A stretch of DNA of 64,000 nt from a virus (lineage: Duplodnaviria > Caudoviricetes): the IMG/VR virus record IMGVR_UViG_3300029288_000067, positions 128,001-192,000 of that record. One strand, 5' to 3'. Every line of letters begins with the position of its first letter. Within the stretch, counting starts at the first letter, position 1. This document shows positions 56,927-64,000 of this stretch, piece after piece. A model generated the notes under the pieces. The model saw only the letters and a program-made list of their open reading frames with translations. It was not told the origin of the DNA and did not search any database. Made by a program: the position numbers and the translations under genes.

Positions 56927-59146
56927 ATGGCAGCTAAACTTATTTTTCCTTTGTCTGCGGAGATTATGGATTCTCGCAGAATTCTCGGGGATGCTGAGAA
57001 TTTACACGGTAAGGTAGATTCTGTAAAATTAAAAACAGATAACCTCCCAGCAGATACCGCGTCAACCCTCTCAACTCTTTCTTCTGACCTAGCAACAGTA
57101 GATACGGTCGTAGATGCGATTAAGGTTAAAACAGATAACCTCCCAGCAAATACGGCAACAACTCTTTCTGGAATTGAAACAAAGATTGACACAGTAGATA
57201 CAGTTGTTGATGCAATTAAGGTTAAAACTGATAACCTTCCAGTTGACACTGCAACTGTTCTTTCCACAATTGATACTGTTGTAGATGCGATTAAGGTTAA
57301 GACCGATAACCTACCGGCAGATACGGCAACAACTCTTTCCGGTATTGAAACAAAGATCGACACAGTAGATACCGTTGTAGATGCAATCAAGGTTAAAACA
57401 GACAACCTGCCTGCAAATACGGCAACAACTCTTTCCGGTATTGAGACAAAGATTGACACGGTAGACACTGTTGTTGATGGCATTGCAACCGATGTAAATG
57501 CAATTGAAACAGATGTAAACACTATTGATTCTAATGTGGGTGTTCCTGCTGCTCTCGGTGGTGGAACTGCAACAGTTTCTGGAATGTTGGCCTCTATTGC
57601 AGGATCTGGTTTTACTGCCTCTGACAGCTTGAAAGATGTAAAAGCTGCTGTTATGTCGATCCATAACAACACAAGCTTTACTGCTTCTGTTGTTCCTATT
57701 ATGGAAAAACCGGAAACCGGAAGCAATGATTACCAAGCTCTTGTTAACGTATATGATGGCGACGGACATTTGATTGATGCAGATTTGCAAACAGGTCTTG
57801 TAAAAGTTCTCAATTCTGCTGGAACTTCTCGAAACGATAAATTGTTCAATGATGCGGCACAAACCGGTGCTGCAACTAAGTTGTCTATCCACACAATCAC
57901 GGCTCCTTCTACGGCTCCTACTGCGGGGGCAACCTATGAAGACTCCAATAACACCGTTCTTACTGTTATTGGAATGATTGGTACGACAAAACTTATCGCT
58001 TCTTGGACCGGGGTAACAGAGCCTGTTACTGGAACTCTTACGAAGTTGACTGGAACGGGTGATGCAACTCTCACCTCTTCCGCTGTTGATAATTCTTATG
58101 TAAGAATGCATCGTGAAGGAACAGGTCAATACCACACGTTCTACAACGTTCTTTCTACGGATACAAAAGAATCTCTTGCTTTCCGTTTTGCATATTTTGA
58201 AACAGGTTTATTCCATGCCTACGACAGAGCATCTGCAATTCAGGATTATGAAGCAACAGCCACAATTTCCGGAGAAGTGTGGGATGTTCTTACTACCGCC
58301 CACACAACAGCAGGATCTTATGGTTTGTTGGTTTCTGGAATGGCGGGAACAGGTTTTGTTGCTTCAACAGATTCTCTCCATGCTTTAAAGGGTCGCTTGG
58401 ATACAATCGATACAACTCTTTCTACGATTTCTGGAAAAGTTGATACGGTTGATACCATTGTAGACGCAATCAAGGTTAAAACAGATAACCTCCCTGCGGA
58501 TACTGCGGCTGCATTGACGAGTATTGAAGGTAAGGTTGATGTTGTTGATACAAACGTTGATGCAATTAAAGCCAAAACCGATAATCTTCCTGCAAATACT
58601 TCTACAACCCTTTCTGGTATTGAAACAAAAGTTGATACTGTGGATACGGTTGTGGATGCAATTAAGGTTAAGACAGACAACTTACCTGCAAACACTTCAA
58701 CTGTTCTTGGAACCCCTGCAAACGGTTCTTTGGCAGCAGATATTGCTGATGTTAAATCAACAATTCAATCTCAGCCTTCTTATCCGACAACTTTTGAAGG
58801 AACAAAAGCCACTGCATCTCTTGCTCAATCTGCAAGTGAAACATTGGAATTTTCAACTGCTGAAGGCATGATCACAAACAATGCTCAAATGTCTCAGTTG
58901 AAGATTTCTGTTACGGGAGCATCGTCCAACTTTAAGGTTGAAATCTTTGAAAAAACCGGTGGAGCCAATAAGATTTACGAAGTACAACAAGGGGACTTCA
59001 ACGGTTTAAACTTGGATCTCAATGGGCAGATTTTCCGCAACAAAGATAATACACCGATCAATAAAGTGTATATCAAGATCACAAATGTTGCAGATGCTGG
59101 TAACTCTACATTCTCTACGGAATTCCGTGGTATTGTAAACGCTTAA
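56927..59146 (+). CDS. fibrous virion protein with eight KTDNLP coiled-coil repeats
   Basis: VDAIKVKTDNLPA[DN]T repeats in two blocks (5+3); AGGAG RBS. Confidence 0.7.
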   Translation: MAAKLIFPLSAEIMDSRRILGDAENLHGKVDSVKLKTDNLPADTASTLSTLSSDLATVDTVVDAIKVKTDNLPANTATTLSGIETKIDTVDTVVDAIKVKTDNLPVDTATVLSTIDTVVDAIKVKTDNLPADTATTLSGIETKIDTVDTVVDAIKVKTDNLPANTATTLSGIETKIDTVDTVVDGIATDVNAIETDVNTIDSNVGVPAALGGGTATVSGMLASIAGSGFTASDSLKDVKAAVMSIHNNTSFTASVVPIMEKPETGSNDYQALVNVYDGDGHLIDADLQTGLVKVLNSAGTSRNDKLFNDAAQTGAATKLSIHTITAPSTAPTAGATYEDSNNTVLTVIGMIGTTKLIASWTGVTEPVTGTLTKLTGTGDATLTSSAVDNSYVRMHREGTGQYHTFYNVLSTDTKESLAFRFAYFETGLFHAYDRASAIQDYEATATISGEVWDVLTTAHTTAGSYGLLVSGMAGTGFVASTDSLHALKGRLDTIDTTLSTISGKVDTVDTIVDAIKVKTDNLPADTAAALTSIEGKVDVVDTNVDAIKAKTDNLPANTSTTLSGIETKVDTVDTVVDAIKVKTDNLPANTSTVLGTPANGSLAADIADVKSTIQSQPSYPTTFEGTKATASLAQSASETLEFSTAEGMITNNAQMSQLKISVTGASSNFKVEIFEKTGGANKIYEVQQGDFNGLNLDLNGQIFRNKDNTPINKVYIKITNVADAGNSTFSTEFRGIVNA

Positions 59147-59154
59147 TCGTTCTC

Positions 59155-59186
59155 AGCCCGGGGATATTATTTGATATCCCCGGGCT
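59155..59186 (+). terminator. intrinsic terminator
   Basis: AGCCCGGGGATAT/ATATCCCCGGGCT stem then ATTTT. Confidence 0.65.
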
Positions 59187-59215
59187 ATTTTCAATATTCA
59201 TAGGGGATTGTTGAT

Positions 59216-59935
59216 ATGCCGAAAGTTTTTGGACCCTCACAACCATTAAATACTTATTCTGGGGTTATTGGTGATGTTTCAGCATATATTTCAGTTCCCC
59301 CAATTTTGCACCAAGATACAACTGGAAATGCGGCAAATGTTACGGGAATTGTTGGAGTTGAACATGGTGGAACAGGTGTAACAACAAAAACAGGCACAGG
59401 GAATGTTGTTTTAAGTGATTCTCCTGTTTTAGTTGCTCCAGCAATAGGAACCCCTGTTTCAGGAGATTTACAAAATTGTTCCTTTCCCACATTAAATCAA
59501 AACACTACAGGAACAGCAGCAAATGTTACGGGAACAGTTCAACTCGACCACGGGGGAACCGGGGCAACAACAGCCGCTGCCGCAAGAACAAATTTATCTC
59601 TCAATTTTTATTCTTTTGGGGGGTGTTTTATTGGAACTCCCGCAGTAAGTTCCACAATTTTTCTTTTTGTTTCGGATAATAGTTTTACTCTCCCAACAAA
59701 TCTTTCGGGGTCTTATTTCAAATGCGGAGGAAATCCTTCCTCGACAACAGTATTGAATATTTATTTAAATAATTCTCTGATTGGAACTGGAACAATTAGT
59801 TTTTCTACCGGGGGAGTTGCCACAATTACAACAACACAACAATCAATTGTTCCTGGGGATGTTATTAAGATCACGACTCCCGCCAACGTGTATGGAATTT
59901 CTAACTTAGTATGGACTATTAAAGGAACGTATTAA
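59216..59935 (+). CDS. tail fibre-like structural protein
   Basis: Duplicated TTGxAANVTGxVxxxHGGTG motif; AAARTNL. Confidence 0.6.
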   Translation: MPKVFGPSQPLNTYSGVIGDVSAYISVPPILHQDTTGNAANVTGIVGVEHGGTGVTTKTGTGNVVLSDSPVLVAPAIGTPVSGDLQNCSFPTLNQNTTGTAANVTGTVQLDHGGTGATTAAAARTNLSLNFYSFGGCFIGTPAVSSTIFLFVSDNSFTLPTNLSGSYFKCGGNPSSTTVLNIYLNNSLIGTGTISFSTGGVATITTTQQSIVPGDVIKITTPANVYGISNLVWTIKGTY

Positions 59936-59937
59936 GA

Positions 59938-62718
59938 ATGCCTGTTATTTCTTCTTCCAATAACAAATCGATCCTCACAATTACACCTGATAGGGGTTCG
60001 ATAGCGGGGGGAACTGAAGTTATTATTAAAAATAACCTTGGTGCAGATGCTTTTTGTTCCGGAGGAGATATTGTACAAACAAATACCCATATTATTCACA
60101 CTTTTAAAACAAGTGGGACTTTTGTTGTTCCTTCTGATAGAACTGTTGAAGTTTTGGTAGTTGCAGGAGGAGGTGGGGGAGGGGGAACTATTGGAGGAGG
60201 TGGCGGGGGAGGGGGAGTAAGATACAGTTCCTCTTTCGTGGTTGCCGCAGGTTCTTATACCATTACTGTTGGAAATGGTGGAACAGGGTATGTTGGTTCT
60301 GCTTATCAAACCGGTGGGGGAACACAAGGACAAAATTCCATTTTCTCAACTCTCACAGCAATTGGTGGAGGAGGGGGCGGAAATTATAATGACACTTCCA
60401 ATGGAGCTACCACAGGAGGTTGTGGTGGTGGAATAGGTGCAGGTAGTTCTGCTTCTGCAATGGCGGGAACAGCAGGGCAAGGAAGTGCTGGGGGAATTTC
60501 TTCGGCAAACACCAACAATGGTGGTGGGGGTGGTGGAGGTGCAACCGTTGGGAATAATGGAGTAAGCACAGTTTCTGGGGTTGGAGGAGTTGGAGCCCTT
60601 ATTTCGATCTCTGGAAAAACAGAATATTTTAGTGGTGGTGGTGGGGGTGGTGCTAGAAACGGTGTTGGAGTTTGGGGGGCAAATGGGGGAGTTGGTGGAG
60701 GAGGTAATGGGGGATATTCCGGGGGAAATGGAAGCCCCGGGGTAACAAATACCGGTGGTGGTGGGGGTGGGGGTGGTTATTTAAACTCCCCTGTTACATA
60801 TGGTTCTGGGGGAAATGGGGGTTCCGGGATTGTTATTATCAAATACCCCATGTCTAATAAATGCTTTCAAGCACATAGCACCGGATATGGACAAACAATT
60901 GGAAATGGGGGAACAATCACTTTCACTTCCACGCATACCATTCACACTTTTACATCAGGTGGGTTTTTTTCGGTCCCAACAGAAAGAAATGTTGAAATAT
61001 TTGCTTGGGGTGCTGGGGGAGCCGGAGGGCAAACTGCTGCTTGGTCTAGTGGTTCTTTGGGGGGAGCAGGGGGTGCTGCAAAAGGAACTTTGAAAGCACA
61101 ACCGGGGGCTTTGTATAAAATAACTGTTGGAGGAGCGGGGCAAAAAGCTTCCACAGTTTGGACCATTGGGGGAGGTGCTCCTTCTTCCAACAATGGTTCT
61201 GACAATAATTATTGTGGTGGTGGTGGTGGGTATTCCGCTGTATTTTTAAATTCCGAAATACAAGCAAACACAATTATTCTTGCTGCGGGTGGAGGTGGAG
61301 GCGGAAACTACGCTGCCACAGGTACAGGAAATGGTGGAGGAGCCGGGGGTGGTGCAACTGGGCAAAATGGATACAGCATTTATGTTTCCTCCGCATATGG
61401 TGGAAAGGGTGGAACTCAAACCGCTGCTGGTGCAAATGCTTCTTACACTTATGCAGCAGGAACGGGTGGTTTGCAAGATGCTTTGAAGGGTGGAGTAACT
61501 TTTTCTGGTTCTTATGGAGGAGGTGGAGGTGGGGGATATTGGGGAGGTTCAGCCGGAGGATATTATTACACATCTCCATATGAAATGGGTGGGGGAGCCG
61601 GTGGTTCCAGTTACGTAAATTCTTCCTATATTTATTCAGGAACATTAACAGGCGGCACTGCAAACACTCCTGGGGATTCAACAAACACTCTTCGAGGAAC
61701 TGCAGGAAACGGTGGGGCAATTAATGGAAATGGAAATCCCGGAATTGTTATCATTCGTTATCCCACTTTGATTGGGTACGGTGGGGATGTCACTTTCACA
61801 AACACTCACGTTGTTCACACTTTTAAATCTTCTGGATCTTTCACTGTTCCTTCTGCAAGAAATGTAGAAGTTTTGGTGGTTGCGGGAGGGGGCGGAGGTG
61901 GTGGATCTCCTATCGCCGGGGGAGGAGGAGCGGGAGGTCTTGTATACAATCCTTCCTTTGCTGTTTCTGGAACCGTAACTGTAACGGTCGGGGCAGGGGG
62001 TCTGGGGGGAACCGGAATGATGGTTTCTCCGTGGACAAATGAAATTGGTGGGCGAGGGGGAGATTCGGTATTTTCCACAATCACCGCAAATGGTGGAGGT
62101 GGGGGTGGAACGTACAATGCAAAAGCCGCTGCAAACGGGGGGTCTGGTGGTGGTGCTGGATATGCCGGAGCAATTGGATACGAAACGTCTCAACCTACCG
62201 GATATGGAAATAACGGAGGAACAAGTAGCCTTTCTGCTAATTATGGATGTGGTGGTGGGGGTGGTGCGGGTTCTGTTGGTGGAAATGGGGGTACAACCTT
62301 CGGAGGAAAAGGTGGAGATGGAAAATTATTCTGGGATGTTTATTATGCCGGTGGTGGGGGCGGTTCTATTACTTTCACAGGAACTCCCGGAGCAGGAGGA
62401 ATTGGGGGAGGGGGAGCGGGATCTTTAGGGGACGGTGTTTCTGCAACACCAAATACCGGAGGTGGTGGTGGCGGGGCCGAACGAAATGGACCTACAGGTT
62501 CCGGTGGAGCGGGGGGTTCCGGGATTGTGATTGTTCGATATCCAATTGAGAACACCCCGGTTACCTTCGGAGGAACTTCTGCAACAAAATCCTCCGCTCT
62601 CGATTTGAATGCGGTTATTGCAACAACTCCTGCAAAAACCGCAGGAACTGTTGATGTGGTAGTAACAAATGCAGATGGTACAACAATAACTGCAACGAAT
62701 GGATTTACTTATGAGTAA
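59938..62718 (+). CDS. glycine-rich adhesin-like protein: three Gly-rich domains inside an IPT/TIG domain
   Basis: Three HTF..VAGGGGGG..G[SP]GIVI[IV][KR]YP units; IPT-like strands at both termini. Confidence 0.7.
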   Translation: MPVISSSNNKSILTITPDRGSIAGGTEVIIKNNLGADAFCSGGDIVQTNTHIIHTFKTSGTFVVPSDRTVEVLVVAGGGGGGGTIGGGGGGGGVRYSSSFVVAAGSYTITVGNGGTGYVGSAYQTGGGTQGQNSIFSTLTAIGGGGGGNYNDTSNGATTGGCGGGIGAGSSASAMAGTAGQGSAGGISSANTNNGGGGGGGATVGNNGVSTVSGVGGVGALISISGKTEYFSGGGGGGARNGVGVWGANGGVGGGGNGGYSGGNGSPGVTNTGGGGGGGGYLNSPVTYGSGGNGGSGIVIIKYPMSNKCFQAHSTGYGQTIGNGGTITFTSTHTIHTFTSGGFFSVPTERNVEIFAWGAGGAGGQTAAWSSGSLGGAGGAAKGTLKAQPGALYKITVGGAGQKASTVWTIGGGAPSSNNGSDNNYCGGGGGYSAVFLNSEIQANTIILAAGGGGGGNYAATGTGNGGGAGGGATGQNGYSIYVSSAYGGKGGTQTAAGANASYTYAAGTGGLQDALKGGVTFSGSYGGGGGGGYWGGSAGGYYYTSPYEMGGGAGGSSYVNSSYIYSGTLTGGTANTPGDSTNTLRGTAGNGGAINGNGNPGIVIIRYPTLIGYGGDVTFTNTHVVHTFKSSGSFTVPSARNVEVLVVAGGGGGGGSPIAGGGGAGGLVYNPSFAVSGTVTVTVGAGGLGGTGMMVSPWTNEIGGRGGDSVFSTITANGGGGGGTYNAKAAANGGSGGGAGYAGAIGYETSQPTGYGNNGGTSSLSANYGCGGGGGAGSVGGNGGTTFGGKGGDGKLFWDVYYAGGGGGSITFTGTPGAGGIGGGGAGSLGDGVSATPNTGGGGGGAERNGPTGSGGAGGSGIVIVRYPIENTPVTFGGTSATKSSALDLNAVIATTPAKTAGTVDVVVTNADGTTITATNGFTYE

Positions 62719-63076
62719 TAATGTTCCAACTTTGAATGAAGAAGCAAGAATTGGTGAAGATTATCGATTATCCTTTAAATTTTTGAATCCTAATGGAACC
62801 CCAGCGGTTTTGTCCGGATCATCAATACAATCAATTTTTCGATACCAGGATTCTTCCGGGGATACAGAAGCATTTCCTTTAACAACAGTAATTAATTTTA
62901 CAACGGGGGAAATTCAACTATCTCTTCCACATACAACCACAGTAAATATGCGGGAAGCTGTGGGAGAATATGATGTTGTTTTAATTGATTCTCTTGGAAT
63001 AAAAGAAGTCATTTTGCATGTGACTTTGAGTATGCAATGGTCGGTTACCTTATCTCCAGTGCCAACACCTGTATAA
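62711..63076 (+). CDS. tail/baseplate accessory protein (BppU N-terminal-like)
   Basis: GEDY..GEIQLSLPHTTT..YDVVL..G; start re-called to MSNN. Confidence 0.45.
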   Translation: MSNNVPTLNEEARIGEDYRLSFKFLNPNGTPAVLSGSSIQSIFRYQDSSGDTEAFPLTTVINFTTGEIQLSLPHTTTVNMREAVGEYDVVLIDSLGIKEVILHVTLSMQWSVTLSPVPTPV

Positions 63077-63079
63077 ATA

Positions 63080-63571
63080 ATGGATAAAAATTTTATTTTA
63101 AAAATAGACAATAATTCCACAAGGGTTATTGTCCTCGATTGTGGAAAAAAATTGGAGGTAAAGCAAAACAAATATGTTTTGGCTTTTCTTCAAGCTCAAG
63201 GATTGCCTGGACCTTCTTCAGATTTAATAACAGGTATTGCGGGGGAAAACATTGAGACCGGAAAAGTGGTTTATTATCGGGATGGTTTTTTCTATAATGC
63301 CTCTTTTGATGACCCTTATTTGAAAACTGCCTCGGCATTGTTTTTTGCTTTTTCAAACAATTCTGCACTATTGGGGGCACAAATACAGCTTAAGTTGTAT
63401 GGTTTTGTAAATGTGGCTTCAGTAGTAACTCCCAATACATTTTATTACTTAGGTAGTAATGGGGACATTGTTGGTATTGCTCCTACTTCTGGGATTATTT
63501 TACTTGTTGGGCAAGCAACAACATCAAGTTTTTTAATTTCTTTTGGGAATCCGATTATTTTGCGAGAATAA
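63080..63571 (+). CDS. virion structural protein
   Basis: AGENIETGKVVY..YYLGSNG..PTSG..VGQA, typical of capsid/tail accessory proteins. Confidence 0.5.
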   Translation: MDKNFILKIDNNSTRVIVLDCGKKLEVKQNKYVLAFLQAQGLPGPSSDLITGIAGENIETGKVVYYRDGFFYNASFDDPYLKTASALFFAFSNNSALLGAQIQLKLYGFVNVASVVTPNTFYYLGSNGDIVGIAPTSGIILLVGQATTSSFLISFGNPIILRE

Positions 63572-63580
63572 AGTTGAAAA

Positions 63581-63856
63581 ATGGCTATTCGAATTCCTCT
63601 TGTTCAAATAAATGGAAGATTGTCGGAATTGCCTTCAACCGACAAAATTCCAAATGAAACGGTTGCAACTTTTGAGCACGAACAATTAACCCCACAAGAT
63701 GTATGGACAATTGAGCATAAAATGAAAAAGTACCCTTCAGTCACAATTGTATTACCAGATGGGACTGAGGTATCTGGGATGAAAGTATATGCAGATGAAA
63801 ACACAGTAGTTTTGTCATTTTCCAAGCCTATTGTTGGAAGAGCATTTTTAAATTAA
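63581..63856 (+). CDS. tail fibre accessory protein
   Basis: WTIEHKMKKYPSVTIV..ENTVVLSFS..GRAFLN. Confidence 0.6.
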   Translation: MAIRIPLVQINGRLSELPSTDKIPNETVATFEHEQLTPQDVWTIEHKMKKYPSVTIVLPDGTEVSGMKVYADENTVVLSFSKPIVGRAFLN

Positions 63857-63874
63857 TGTAGGGAGTTCTTGAAT

Positions 63875-64000
63875 ATGTTATATTTGCATGACCTAAATTT
63901 GGATCAGAATGAGTTACAAAGTGCGGTTATTGAAAATCGTGCTTCGGCTCCAACCTCTCCGGCCCCTATTGCGGGGCAAATATACTTCAACACAACCACA
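63875..64000 (+). CDS. tail fibre-like protein (partial, runs off window)
   Basis: MLYLHDLNLDQNELQSAVIENRASAPTSPAPIAGQIYFNTT; GGGAG RBS. Confidence 0.55.
   Translation, partial: MLYLHDLNLDQNELQSAVIENRASAPTSPAPIAGQIYFNTTT

Noticed and set aside
56914-62555. Long antisense and alternate-frame ORFs over the repeat and Gly-rich genes (and similar shadow ORFs elsewhere)
   Set aside because: Explained by codon bias and repeats in the real genes; no RBS or recognisable domains
48906-62718. Diversity-generating retroelement acting on the fibre genes
   Set aside because: No reverse transcriptase and no template/variable repeat pair differing only at adenines was seen
1-64000. Alternative genetic code (stop-codon reassignment)
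   Set aside because: Conserved genes are full length in the standard code, and TAA, TGA and TAG all terminate genes at sensible positions

Overview
A 64-kb, AT-rich, densely coding piece of a large (probably jumbo) myovirus genome. Genes run leftward from about 41.5 kb and rightward from about 42.5 kb; the divergence point holds a five-copy, ~90-bp tandem array of dyad-symmetric sites (candidate replication origin). The left arm carries nucleotide, replication and recombination genes (class III RNR nrdD/nrdG, dUTPase, dNMP kinase, TOPRIM primase, beta-clamp, Cas4-like nuclease, SbcD plus an N-terminal-half SbcC). It continues with a T4-like contractile-tail module (tube, chaperone, tape measure with two peptidoglycan hydrolases, gp53/gp27/gp5/PAAR/gp25/gp6-like) and a prohead-protease-like gene. 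The right arm carries the portal, gpI/gp7-like and gpH-like baseplate genes, tail fibres/adhesins and a holin. The most striking signal is a set of 14 tightly coupled genes in two arrays (1519-10480 and 44734-46194). They encode largely unrelated domains: three ADP-ribosyltransferase-like, two PcfJ-like, ParB-like, HEXXH peptidase-like, AT-hook and unknown families. All begin with the peptide M-I-x-K-Y-S-x-L (one copy degenerate), usually followed by K/R-x-A/S, and two further copies sit inside fused genes. Conservation is at the protein level. I interpret this, as inference by analogy to the T4 capsid-targeting sequence, as an address tag for a modular library of virion-packaged, protease-processed, injected effectors. 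One inversion (~10.48 to ~46.2 kb) would join both arrays between portal and protease and put the gp6-like gene next to the gp7/gpI-like gene. All family assignments come from motif recognition by eye; no database searches were run.
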